Source: a virus
Taxonomy: Duplodnaviria; Caudoviricetes
Virus record (IMG/VR): IMGVR_UViG_3300044723_001152
Span: 1 to 64,000 of that record
DNA length: 64,000 bases
Strand: one strand, 5' to 3'
Positions 7,556 to 16,993 of the stretch are shown in pieces (the stretch's first letter is position 1; each line of letters starts with the position of its first letter). The notes under the pieces were generated by a model. It had not been told where the DNA came from, ran no database searches, and was given only the letters and a program-made list of their open reading frames with translations. The position numbers and the translations under genes are program-made.

Positions 7556-8790
7556 TATCCTTTAGCCCAATTCTTAGCCGCGGTGAAATTTTGAATAGAA
7601 AACTCTAATCTATCGACCAATTTAACTGCCTTACCATTCTTATCAACTGCCACATACCCCTCTGGGTTTGTCGCCTTTAAACCATTGCCGTCTCTCTTAA
7701 ATGTGCCTATACTCTTTGCCTTGTTCAACTTGTCTATGATAACCTTCTTGGCTCTCTGTAGAGATTTATATGTGGCACATGCCATGTATATACTCGTGTT
7801 GTGGTCATCTATAAATTTTAGACCATTGTCCTGTATCGTCTTGTATTTCTCTTTTGACTTCTCTGTCTTTACCTTATCTATCTCTTTCTGTGTTCTCGTT
7901 TCGAAAAACTCTCTGAAAGCATTCGCTGTCTCTTTTGTGGAAGGTAAATCACTAGAGGCACGGATATAACTGTTGAGATATGCCTTGAGTTGGACACCAA
8001 TAGATAGTGTGTTCTTTTCTGTTTTGATTTTGTTGAGTAGTTCTTTACCCTGTTTGAGACTACCACTCGCCATGTTCAGTATCTTTTGTAGTGATTGACT
8101 TTCACCAATCGTCATCAATGAGTTACCAGATACGTCCTTATAACTTGCGTCATCGAACCATACCTTTGGACTACGTCTCAACTTCTTAACGTTGGCTCCA
8201 AACTTCGCCGTCATCTTATCAAAACTACTGCCCTTGTATGTCGTGTGGAAAACTATACCTAACTTACTACTCGCAATCTTCTTACCAAATGGTGTATTCT
8301 CTGGCACCATGTAAACGATAGTGTTAGGTTGGAATGAAATCATTTGCTCAGACTTACCACTACCATCTTTATATGTGGTCGTCTTCTTACCAGATGATGT
8401 GAACATCAAATCACCCTGTAGTATCTCTTTTATGCCTAGTGATGGTAGATATTCCAAACACTCACGGAGGATATTCTGTAACTCACCCTGGTGATTGTTT
8501 CGTATATCTTGTATCGTGTAATTAACTTTTGGAGTTTTGTTGAATACTGCCTTGGTGCCCACGAAAAATTTACCATTCTCTGGTGATGGACCACAAACTA
8601 TGGCAGGCGCACCGTCCCACTTGACGGATACGTTGACACCCTTACTGGCATTACCAGATAACATGTCTTTTAGTGACGATAGGAAGTTGATGGCATTTAA
8701 CCCACCCTCATATCCATTGTTGATTATATCGTCTTCCGCATGTTCTAAATGCGTGTTCTTATCTTCTTGTAGGTCTATCATAACTCCCAT
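7555..8790 (-). CDS. DUF6267-like protein with ATP-dependent ligase/capping (covalent nucleotidyltransferase) motifs
   Basis: KWDG (motif I, aa 57-60), ILQGDL (III), IVFHT (IIIa), EGYV (IV), VKLVDR (V); N-terminal KNTHLEH. Late promoter at 8808-8814. Confidence 0.7.
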   Translation of the reverse strand: MGVMIDLQEDKNTHLEHAEDDIINNGYEGGLNAINFLSSLKDMLSGNASKGVNVSVKWDGAPAIVCGPSPENGKFFVGTKAVFNKTPKVNYTIQDIRNNHQGELQNILRECLEYLPSLGIKEILQGDLMFTSSGKKTTTYKDGSGKSEQMISFQPNTIVYMVPENTPFGKKIASSKLGIVFHTTYKGSSFDKMTAKFGANVKKLRRSPKVWFDDASYKDVSGNSLMTIGESQSLQKILNMASGSLKQGKELLNKIKTEKNTLSIGVQLKAYLNSYIRASSDLPSTKETANAFREFFETRTQKEIDKVKTEKSKEKYKTIQDNGLKFIDDHNTSIYMACATYKSLQRAKKVIIDKLNKAKSIGTFKRDGNGLKATNPEGYVAVDKNGKAVKLVDRLEFSIQNFTAAKNWAKG

Positions 8791-8807
8791 TTATATACTA
8801 AAATAAC

Positions 8808-8814
8808 TATTTAG
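8808..8814 (-). promoter_or_regulatory. gp55 late promoter variant
   Basis: CTAAATA upstream of the ligase-like gene cluster. Confidence 0.65.
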
Positions 8815-9065
8815 TCAAGCAAGAAGTCTGGTATGCCTCCATTTATTGCCCACACTTGATTTTTATTGTGAAAATCTGCCAATTCCTTGGCTTTCTCACG
8901 GAAATCAAACACCGCAACTGTTCTATCTTTGTTCTCAACGACAGCAAACTTATACTTACCGTCTCGTCTCTTAGTCTTTACAGAATACTCAATACTTGAA
9001 GTCTTGGAACTTCTTGTACTTTTCTTCTGGACTTTCTTCCGTTTCTTTAAGGTTATGTTCGACAT
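8811..9065 (-). CDS. Small hypothetical protein overlapping the end of gp41
   Basis: 84-aa ORF with 77-bp overlap; fills the gap between gp41 and the late promoter. Confidence 0.5.
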   Translation of the reverse strand: MSNITLKKRKKVQKKSTRSSKTSSIEYSVKTKRRDGKYKFAVVENKDRTVAVFDFREKAKELADFHNKNQVWAINGGIPDFLLD

Positions 9066-10392
9066 ATTTTTCCTGTTTTGGTTGTATTAAGTTTTGTGCC
9101 TGTTGTTCGATATCAAATAGTTTCATTCTACTTCTATCAACACCAATGATAAACTTACGATTTACTGTTGGGTCATTGTATCTGTTCTTCAACTGTTTGA
9201 CTAACATCTGACCCGCTCGTTCTAATTCTTCACTACTGATTAGGGCAAACATAAAGTCTGCCGTCGCAGGAAGACCAAAGGACTCTGACGTATCTTCGAG
9301 CCCGATGTCTGTTGAAACAAAACCAGTTCTGGTTGTTTGTGTCGCTGTTACGATTGGCACATCTAGTTCTACAGCCAGACCTCTGAGTTCTTCAGCGATT
9401 GCCTTGATGTAGGTATAACTATTCACATTCGCACCTGGTTTAAATCTACTTGACGCACATATATTGATGTAGTCGATGAAGATTAGGTCTGGTTTAAATG
9501 TTCTCTTTAGTGCCAACTCATTGACCAATGCTCTGTAGTGGTTCGCACCCGCACTCGCCGTTGGATATTCTTTGATGATTAATGTGCCTGTCGTCTTACT
9601 CTGTAAAGTTTTTATCTTGTCATTGAATAGTTTTCTATTCAACATGTGTAAATCTTCCATGGAGATACCAAGTAGGTTTGCGTCTATACGTTCAGCGATA
9701 CGTTCCTCTGCCATCTCCATTGTGATATACAATACATTCTTATTCTGTGATAAGGCACTCGCAGCCTGATGACACATAAAAAGAGTTTTACCAACACCAG
9801 TACCCGCTAACGCAACGTTTAACGTCTTCGTTGGCAACCCACCCTTTGTGACTTTGTTGAAATAATCTAAATCAAATGGTACCCTATTCTCTTTCTTGTG
9901 GTAGAAATCAAATCTGGATTCTATATCAAGTAAATAATCATGCCCCACATTCCTATCGAAAGAAACAGATAGAGCGTCACGGAGTATCTCAGGGATCGCC
10001 TCTGGTTGTTTGTTCTTATCTTTACCATCTAGTATATGTATGCCATCCATGACGGCATTATGTACCGCACGGTCTTTACAAAACTTCTCTGTAGTGTTTG
10101 TGAGCCAATCTAGGTCTATCTCTTCCTTGTTCAACGTAGAGATTAAATCAACGATCCTCTTGTATTCTTCCTCATTGAGGTCTTTACGTTTACCAATATC
10201 AATCTCTAAAGTTTCTCTGGTAGGTCTCTTATTATATTGGTCGATAAACTTCTGGATCTCAGTAAATAGAATCCTCTCACTACGGTCTTCGAAGTATTCT
10301 GGTTTCAGAAAGGGCAATACCTTTCTGGTATAATCTTCGTTATGTAGTAAGTTCTTTAGGGCTGTCTTCTCTATTCGTTCCGCTGTTACCAT
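8989..10392 (-). CDS. gp41: DnaB-like replicative helicase
   Basis: Walker A AGTGVGKT, YITMEMAEERIAERIDAN, IFIDYINI, ESFGLPATAD, KQLKNRY. Confidence 0.97.
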   Translation of the reverse strand: MVTAERIEKTALKNLLHNEDYTRKVLPFLKPEYFEDRSERILFTEIQKFIDQYNKRPTRETLEIDIGKRKDLNEEEYKRIVDLISTLNKEEIDLDWLTNTTEKFCKDRAVHNAVMDGIHILDGKDKNKQPEAIPEILRDALSVSFDRNVGHDYLLDIESRFDFYHKKENRVPFDLDYFNKVTKGGLPTKTLNVALAGTGVGKTLFMCHQAASALSQNKNVLYITMEMAEERIAERIDANLLGISMEDLHMLNRKLFNDKIKTLQSKTTGTLIIKEYPTASAGANHYRALVNELALKRTFKPDLIFIDYINICASSRFKPGANVNSYTYIKAIAEELRGLAVELDVPIVTATQTTRTGFVSTDIGLEDTSESFGLPATADFMFALISSEELERAGQMLVKQLKNRYNDPTVNRKFIIGVDRSRMKLFDIEQQAQNLIQPKQEKYVEHNLKETEESPEEKYKKFQDFKY

Positions 10393-10642
10393 TGTTATCC
10401 TTCTCTACTTCGATTGCCAAAATGTCACCCATGACATTTATAAAACTTTCTGAATTGGTATCGACCTCATTTGGATTCTCGTGTACGTTGTATTCAAATT
10501 TTAGTCTCAACTTATCATCTTCTTCAACTGGCGTCACCTTGCCATAGGTGTACATGACACCCTCGTATTCACCCTCTTGTATGAGGAAACCAGTAAGGTC
10601 TGACTTACTGTTCTCCATGTAACTATACCTCGGAGTTGCCAT
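10340..10642 (-). CDS. Conserved T4-like hypothetical protein at the gp40 position
   Basis: Lies between uvsX and gp41, syntenic with T4 gp40. Homology not verified. Confidence 0.6.
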   Translation of the reverse strand: MATPRYSYMENSKSDLTGFLIQEGEYEGVMYTYGKVTPVEEDDKLRLKFEYNVHENPNEVDTNSESFINVMGDILAIEVEKDNNGNSGTNREDSPKELTT

Positions 10643-11648
10643 ACGAAAATTCTTTGTGTGCCGCTTCGTCTATCTGTTTTAATATATCGTCTGTAAAATA
10701 TTTCTCTGGATCTGAATAGATTGATTTGGCATACTGTTTCGTGCCATCTGGTAACTCTATCCTTGTTGATACCTGTTTGAATATACCATACTTGGTCGCT
10801 AACTCTAACAACCCATAGTATTTGTCCAATCCAGTATCATATCGTAATCTCACATCGACCATCATGTTCTCTTTCGACAATCTGGATTTCTGTGTCTTAC
10901 AATGTATGATATTACCAATGACCTCTGTGCCATCTTTCTCTTTCTTCTTTGATAGATAGACAATCGTACTTGCGGCATACTTTAATCCACTACCGCCACC
11001 CATCTCTTTGGTTGGCATGTAGGCACCTACAACATCGTAGGTGTGATTTGTAATTACCATAGGTACTTTTGCTCTACCTAGTTTTAGTGTTAATACCCTA
11101 AACGCAGCCTTCAGTACCTGAGCCCTAGTCATATCTCTAGTCTCTTTACCATCTGCGGTGTCTTCTACCTCTTTTGTCGTTGATAACATACCTAAACTAT
11201 CTAATACGAGGAAGATAGGTTTTCTATCTGCTTCGTCCTGTTCCATGTATTTGTCCAATACAGTTAAGGCTTGTGTTCTAAATTCTTGTACCGTCGTTAC
11301 TGGCATGATGACCATGCGTTCACTATCTATACCTCTCTGTTCAATCAGTTGTTTCGTTAAGGCACTCTCACTCTCAAAGTATATGACACCTGCGTCTGGG
11401 TTGTTATCTAGGAATGATTTACACATACCCAATACGAAGAAAGTTTTACCTGTAGCACTCTCACCCGCAACTGCCGTAATCTTGTTCGAAGGAATACCAC
11501 CATGGATACTACCAGATAATACAGCGTTGAATATATGTGAGCCCGTATCAATGAATGTATCTACGTCACCCGCTTCTACACCCTCACTCACTAGACTGGC
11601 ATATTCGTTACCCGTCTCTTTAATTATCTGTTTCAGAAAGTCTGGCAT
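10623..11648 (-). CDS. uvsX: RecA-like recombinase UvsX
   Basis: [36 protein letters not shown]. Confidence 0.97.
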   Translation of the reverse strand: MPDFLKQIIKETGNEYASLVSEGVEAGDVDTFIDTGSHIFNAVLSGSIHGGIPSNKITAVAGESATGKTFFVLGMCKSFLDNNPDAGVIYFESESALTKQLIEQRGIDSERMVIMPVTTVQEFRTQALTVLDKYMEQDEADRKPIFLVLDSLGMLSTTKEVEDTADGKETRDMTRAQVLKAAFRVLTLKLGRAKVPMVITNHTYDVVGAYMPTKEMGGGSGLKYAASTIVYLSKKKEKDGTEVIGNIIHCKTQKSRLSKENMMVDVRLRYDTGLDKYYGLLELATKYGIFKQVSTRIELPDGTKQYAKSIYSDPEKYFTDDILKQIDEAAHKEFSYGNSEV

Positions 11649-11859
11649 TCTCGTTCTCCTTATTATGTTTGTTTATCATAAAGACACATTTCTCATAGAG
11701 TTTGCCCACGGTAACACACTCGTTCGACCGTATCGCACCTCTCTGTAGTGAAGCGTCTATAATCTTAATTATGGTGTGGTAATCATTGACCATAAAATTT
11801 TGTTCGTCTATCTTTTCTAAAAGTTCTTTCATTATATCACATTCCTTTCCATAAGTCAA
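11620..11859 (-). CDS. Hypothetical protein; likely start ATG at 11832
   Basis: [28 protein letters not shown]; fills an intergenic gap. Confidence 0.6.
   Translation of the reverse strand: MTYGKECDIMKELLEKIDEQNFMVNDYHTIIKIIDASLQRGAIRSNECVTVGKLYEKCVFMINKHNKENENARLSETDN
11831..11859 (-). promoter_or_regulatory. sigma70-type promoter upstream of uvsX
   Basis: TTGACT-17-TATAAT with extended TG. Confidence 0.75.
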
Positions 11860-11862
11860 GCA

Positions 11863-12987
11863 TTATCTAATTATCTGGATGTCCGCACCCTCGTGCCATA
11901 TCTCCAGTTCCCTCCTCACCATATCATTGACTATCAACTTTTTGTGTCTCTTGGTCGCCACCTTCTGCCACCACTTGATAACATTTTCAAAACTAAACTT
12001 ATCGTAGTGAAATCCTGGTTTGAGCGTATCTGTCTTACCCTGTATATATTCGGGTACATTTTCATACCCATAGTCTGAGGTATAAAATCTTTTCTTCTCT
12101 GTCAATGACTTTTTGTCCTCTAAGAATTTTACAAATTTACCATGTAGGTGTTCATTGTGTTTCTTCAATGACGCCTGTATTATATTTATCATGGCGTGGT
12201 GTGTCGTTAACTTACGACTACTTATACCATCCTTGACGATAGGTCCACCATTCTTCTCCTTGAACCAATTACTAATCTTCGTAAAACTATCACCATGTAA
12301 CATGGGTATAAAGTTACTCTCTGTCACACCTTTAAATCTCAGGTATGGTTTCATGCCATCATATTGACTTGATGACTTACTACTACCATATAGACTTGTT
12401 GTCTCAAATAGACATATGTTCGTTCCATACTTATCATCTATCAGTTTCTTTATCCTGTGACTACAACATATAGCAGCCAGTAACTTACCACCAAGGTAGT
12501 TGTAACCAAATGGTTGTGTTGGTACTATTGTGAAACCCATGATAGCGGCATGGTTAAATCTTTTCATCTCGTCCTTGTCCTGTGTCTTCAATGGTCTACC
12601 CAATAATTTATTCCTTGGTTTACTATTCATCATAGGACTACCAAAACGAATGAAACCCACTATCTTATCCGTGTTCGTCTCTTTGACTATTATTCGTATC
12701 GCCTTACCAGGTATGGATGCCATCGCTGTATGACTTGTAACCTTGTTTAGTATTCTCGTAAATGTATTGTTATCTATCTCCTGTATATCGAAGGACATAT
12801 CTTCTGGTGACATATCAAAGTTATCGAAGAAATCATCTTCATCTGCCATACCGGGTAGTTGAAATGGAAAGTCTTTTACTTGTTCTAATTTTTGTTCTTT
12901 GATATACTGGTCGATACGTTCAAACTGTGAGAAGTAATTTGTGAAGTATAACATCGCCCATTCAGCGTCCTGTTGATTAAGTAACAT
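11863..12987 (-). CDS. DUF4338 (Druantia DruA-like) domain protein
   Basis: VPTQPFGYNYLGGKLLAAICCSH and FETTSLYG...SQYDG match my recollection of DUF4338. Confidence 0.7.
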   Translation of the reverse strand: MLLNQQDAEWAMLYFTNYFSQFERIDQYIKEQKLEQVKDFPFQLPGMADEDDFFDNFDMSPEDMSFDIQEIDNNTFTRILNKVTSHTAMASIPGKAIRIIVKETNTDKIVGFIRFGSPMMNSKPRNKLLGRPLKTQDKDEMKRFNHAAIMGFTIVPTQPFGYNYLGGKLLAAICCSHRIKKLIDDKYGTNICLFETTSLYGSSKSSSQYDGMKPYLRFKGVTESNFIPMLHGDSFTKISNWFKEKNGGPIVKDGISSRKLTTHHAMINIIQASLKKHNEHLHGKFVKFLEDKKSLTEKKRFYTSDYGYENVPEYIQGKTDTLKPGFHYDKFSFENVIKWWQKVATKRHKKLIVNDMVRRELEIWHEGADIQIIR

Positions 12988-13360
12988 TTATATATCTCTT
13001 TAGTTCTTTGTCCTCAACATCGTCTGGTATGTCGTTCTTATAGAATATCCTATAACTATCACTACCATACTTACCAATGCCATGTAGGTCTAATGCGTTC
13101 TCACCATCCCATGTTAGGAAGTCTTTACTCATTTGTCTCAATCTCTTTGACCTAACCTTACTCATACCAAGTGGTCTCAACATCTTCTCCTGTGTGTTGT
13201 ATCTACCCTTGATGAATGCCTCAGCATCTGGCCACTTCTCAAACAGTTTAGGTAGTATCTTCTTCACCTCTCTACCATGTGTGAGATTTAGACATATGAC
13301 ACCAACCATGTGTTCCCACTTACTCTTAACCTGTTGTTGTACCATTAGGTCTGACCTCAT
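12977..13360 (-). CDS. MBD4-like HhH-GPD DNA glycosylase
   Basis: ICLNLT, LFEKWPDAE, LRPLGM and the HhH segment LHGIGKYGSDSYRIF (human MBD4 has LHGIGKYGNDSYRIF). Confidence 0.85.
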   Translation of the reverse strand: MRSDLMVQQQVKSKWEHMVGVICLNLTHGREVKKILPKLFEKWPDAEAFIKGRYNTQEKMLRPLGMSKVRSKRLRQMSKDFLTWDGENALDLHGIGKYGSDSYRIFYKNDIPDDVEDKELKRYINVT

Positions 13361-15822
13361 GCGAAGAAGTCCTCTATCGTGTTACTATCAGAGGCGTCAA
13401 TGTTCCACTTAATCGCACCAAGTATGAAACGTAGTGGATCCATGAATGACTTGTTGAATTGTGTCTCGTAATCTACATAACCATGTAGGTCAAATTCTTT
13501 TGGTAGTTTAGATATGAAGGTGATGACATTTACATTCCACAAGTTCTTTCGTAGGTGTATGTATTTACCCTTATCACCCTCGTATATAGGTTGAAACTTA
13601 TGAGATACTTTTTTTGTTTTGAGTAGATGATTATACATGATGGCACCCTTGACATGCATTGGTGTGCCTTTCTTGTAGATGGAAGATGTGTCGCCATATT
13701 TCTTAACACCATTTACACTACGAGGGAAGGCAATCTCTTCTGGTGACATGAGTTCGAACTCTCGTCTAAAATTCTGTATGAACTCTTTCATCTCTTTCTG
13801 GTCACCACCCATGATGACCTTGAATGCCTCTCGCAACTTCTCTCTACAAGGTAGAGGGGTCGATGTCTTAACTGCCTCGATACCCATAATCTTTAGTTTG
13901 GGTTCTGAGTATTGAACACCCTCAGAGTTATGTACATTGAGGATATATCTTTTCTTTGCGGTCCAGATACCCTTGTCAGCGATGACCTCTCGTTTCATCA
14001 CCATCTTGTTCTCGTAAACGTTCATGTAATCACCAAGTTCTTTGTATGATTGTTCCATATACGGTTCTAGTTTGTCAGCACAAAACTTATCTAATGCCTT
14101 GACAATCTTATCTTTGTCTGTCGCACCAGTTAGTTTAACAAGTGGTGACATATTTACATAGATGGAATCTGTGTCAGAGGCGATGACATAATCACCATCT
14201 GTCTTATATAATTTGTTAAAGTATTCGTTGACTTTCTTCTCAATCCATTTGATGTTCAATTGACCAGACATTGTTATCGCCTCTGCCTGTCTGTGGTCAT
14301 AGTATCTGAAATATTTGTTACCAATCGCACCATAGGCACTATTCAATGAAATCTTCTTAGAGTGTTGTATGAGGTAATACTTACGTGCCAGTTTCTCGTA
14401 TTGTTTATCCTTCGTGTCGATATACTGTTGTTCTGCCTCTAACATCTTTTTCTTGTAGATGACGCGGTCGTCATATTCTCTTTTGATGATACTAGGTAAC
14501 ATACCCATCTTATCAGTTTTATACATCGTGCCATTGGCAGCCATACAATGTTCACCAATCTTAGGTTTCTTGTCCAGTAGTTCTTCGATGATAACATCTT
14601 TTCTATCTGGTATGATTGTCTCAGGTGAGATGTTATATTGCATAATTAGGTGTGGGTATAGTGAGTTGAGGTCAAACGATACTACCCAATCATAGAAACC
14701 AGGTTTAGGGTCTTTCACATAGGCACCAACAAGTTCTTTTGATTGTGGGTTCATATCTCTCACTGGTACGATGGTGTTCGTCTTTAATAGTTCGTTGTAT
14801 ATGATTGTGTCCCACATACGAACCTGTGAGAATACATCTTCGTAATTTACCTTGGCATTATATGCCATCGTTATGGCAAGTTCTATCAGTTGTAATCTAT
14901 CCTCTAGTCTATCGACCAGTTCAACGTCTTGTATGTTATAATCTATGAAAGATTGTATGTCATTCTGATACCACTCTTTGAATGTATCATATGGGTTATC
15001 GTCTTTCTTCTCACCAAGTTCTACGAAACCAATGTGGTCTAGTTTATAACTCTCTTGGTTCTTTATCGTAAATTTTTGATAGAGTTGTAGGTAATCTAAC
15101 TGTGCGATACCGTGTAGTCTATAGTAAGTCTGTGTCTTACCCATATAGTAGGTATTATCTTCCATCACTTGACCCCAAGGGGACATGCGTTTCATAACAC
15201 TCTCACCAAGTATCTTCTCTATACGTCTCACCAGATATGGTATATCAAAGTATTTACTATTCCAACCAGTTAGAATATCTGGTGTAAATTCTTTCCAGAA
15301 TTTTAGAAATTGTATGAGTAAATCTTTCTCATCTTTACATTTGATGTAGTGTGCGTTATCTTGTTTGACTTTATAATCTGCCATACCCCAGACCAATATC
15401 TGTTTCTTAACTTGATCCTTGACGGTAATACAAATCATCTTTTCCGCACAATCAGTTACGTTTGGAAAACCATACTCACTCTCTACCTCGATATCGATGG
15501 TGTATATTCGTAATAGGTCTTTATCGTATTCCATCGTGCCAGGATAATAGTCAGAGATATACTGATACTGAAATCTATCAGTACCATACACAAAGTCTTT
15601 GTGTTCCTCGTATCTCTTAATAGTCTGTCTGGCTTCTCGTATCGTATTATAGGTTTGTGGTAATAGACCCTTACCATCTAAAGATTGATGGGTACACTTG
15701 CCCTTGTATGGGAAGTATAGACGTGGTTTCCATTTCATGCGGTCAGAGAACCTCTTACCGTCTTCGAAACCTCTTATGTGTAGGGTATCGCCATGTGGCG
15801 TAACATTAGTATAAAATCTCAT
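13357..15822 (-). CDS. gp43: Family B DNA polymerase
   Basis: ExoI DIEVE, SFDLNSLYP, KISLNSAYG, ASDTDS, KKRY. Confidence 0.98.
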   Translation of the reverse strand: MRFYTNVTPHGDTLHIRGFEDGKRFSDRMKWKPRLYFPYKGKCTHQSLDGKGLLPQTYNTIREARQTIKRYEEHKDFVYGTDRFQYQYISDYYPGTMEYDKDLLRIYTIDIEVESEYGFPNVTDCAEKMICITVKDQVKKQILVWGMADYKVKQDNAHYIKCKDEKDLLIQFLKFWKEFTPDILTGWNSKYFDIPYLVRRIEKILGESVMKRMSPWGQVMEDNTYYMGKTQTYYRLHGIAQLDYLQLYQKFTIKNQESYKLDHIGFVELGEKKDDNPYDTFKEWYQNDIQSFIDYNIQDVELVDRLEDRLQLIELAITMAYNAKVNYEDVFSQVRMWDTIIYNELLKTNTIVPVRDMNPQSKELVGAYVKDPKPGFYDWVVSFDLNSLYPHLIMQYNISPETIIPDRKDVIIEELLDKKPKIGEHCMAANGTMYKTDKMGMLPSIIKREYDDRVIYKKKMLEAEQQYIDTKDKQYEKLARKYYLIQHSKKISLNSAYGAIGNKYFRYYDHRQAEAITMSGQLNIKWIEKKVNEYFNKLYKTDGDYVIASDTDSIYVNMSPLVKLTGATDKDKIVKALDKFCADKLEPYMEQSYKELGDYMNVYENKMVMKREVIADKGIWTAKKRYILNVHNSEGVQYSEPKLKIMGIEAVKTSTPLPCREKLREAFKVIMGGDQKEMKEFIQNFRREFELMSPEEIAFPRSVNGVKKYGDTSSIYKKGTPMHVKGAIMYNHLLKTKKVSHKFQPIYEGDKGKYIHLRKNLWNVNVITFISKLPKEFDLHGYVDYETQFNKSFMDPLRFILGAIKWNIDASDSNTIEDFFA

Positions 15823-15828
15823 TATATA

Positions 15829-15857
15829 ATTATATCACAGGTGACGTTAAAAGTCAA
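15829..15857 (-). promoter_or_regulatory. sigma70-type promoter of gp43
   Basis: TTGACT-17-TATAAT with extended TG; ATG 6 nt after the -10. Confidence 0.85.
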
Positions 15858-15858
15858 C

Positions 15859-16080
15859 CTATTTCTCAAAATGTTTTTCAATAGTATCTAGTTGGTCCTG
15901 GTAGTGGGCAATCTTGTCCACTTCTTTCTCTATCGTTTCAACAATATCAGAATGTTCGCCTATACCAATGGTATTACTTAGGTAAACTTCCACATTGGCC
16001 TTATGTTTATCTATCTGTCCTTGGGCATGGGATTTAAGTCCCTGTAGAAGTCTCATTCTATTCTGTGGGTTTTGTTCCAT
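15859..16080 (-). CDS. Conserved marine-phage hypothetical protein
   Basis: KHKANVEVYLSNTIGIGEHSDIVETIEKEV; SD GGAG. Confidence 0.75.
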   Translation of the reverse strand: MEQNPQNRMRLLQGLKSHAQGQIDKHKANVEVYLSNTIGIGEHSDIVETIEKEVDKIAHYQDQLDTIEKHFEK

Positions 16081-16092
16081 CTATTTTCTCCT

Positions 16093-16623
16093 TCATTGTA
16101 TATTAATATTTAGATTGATCCTTAAATTTTCATCAGTTTGTGCCACGCTACAATGTTTCCTACTACCATCAAATATCGCCAGTTGATTTGCCACTGATGG
16201 TATCTTCTCACCATCCTCGAATGCGGTAAATCCATTATTCGTATTAAATGCGAACAGGGCAACCTGGTGTGGTATAAAATGGTCCACGTGCATATCTGTA
16301 TATATCTCCTTGTCCTTCTTGGTATACATGTTAATCTTTGCCCTTATCAATAGGTTGTAGTTCATCTGTCCAATGATGGGCATGAGTAGATTGTGAAAAG
16401 AGGGACTGGTCTGTTGTTGATTATCATATAACACATGTTCAAAATAAAAATCAGATTTATCATGTTTATTACCAGTGTGACCTAGATAGTAATAGGGAAA
16501 CTCATGTGATAGTAGTAATCCCTGTAACTGTTTGAATATGTCTTCGTTTAGAAAGTTAGGTATCAGTCTCACTAGATTTGGTCTCCTCACTTGGTTTCTT
16601 ACCAATGTTATATTTAGGTTCAA
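16093..16623 (-). CDS. 2OG-Fe(II) oxygenase family protein; probable start GTG at 16572
   Basis: HVD facial motif, NNGFT, FDGSRKHCS, RINLNIN. Confidence 0.8.
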   Translation of the reverse strand: MNLNITLVRNQVRRPNLVRLIPNFLNEDIFKQLQGLLLSHEFPYYYLGHTGNKHDKSDFYFEHVLYDNQQQTSPSFHNLLMPIIGQMNYNLLIRAKINMYTKKDKEIYTDMHVDHFIPHQVALFAFNTNNGFTAFEDGEKIPSVANQLAIFDGSRKHCSVAQTDENLRINLNINIQ

Positions 16624-16993
16624 GTATCCATTCCTTCTTCTCTTTGAATGGTAATACTTTAATCTGTGATAATGGGGCAGAGTTTAGATCCTCCTTGTTG
16701 ACTAATTCAATTAGTCCCCAATCACTCAATAACTTGCCAATCGTATTCCTACGTTCTATATCATTGACAAATATATTTGCCGTCTTGCCATCTAGGGCAA
16801 AAAGTTCTTTGAAATGGACGATGAAATATCGTCCCTGTTTGTGTAGTATGTGGCAAGATTGATATATTTTACGTTCTTTCCTACTCGCAACACCTATCCG
16901 TGTTAGTGTCTCTCTTATCTTTAGAAAATCATCAGGCTCTTTTATCGTTACTTCGAGCATCTGGTCTGGTTTCCATTCTATTACTTCACTCAT
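16556..16993 (-). CDS. regA: Translational repressor RegA
   Basis: DDFLKIRETLTRIGVAS...YQSCHILHKQGRYFIVHFKELFALDG. Confidence 0.97.
   Translation of the reverse strand: MSEVIEWKPDQMLEVTIKEPDDFLKIRETLTRIGVASRKERKIYQSCHILHKQGRYFIVHFKELFALDGKTANIFVNDIERRNTIGKLLSDWGLIELVNKEDLNSAPLSQIKVLPFKEKKEWILEPKYNIGKKPSEETKSSETDT

Noticed and set aside
13357-15822. Intron or intein in gp43, and likewise in gp17, gp41, gp46 and gp23
   Set aside because: All are continuous and of ordinary length for marine T4-like phages, with no intein or homing-endonuclease motifs.
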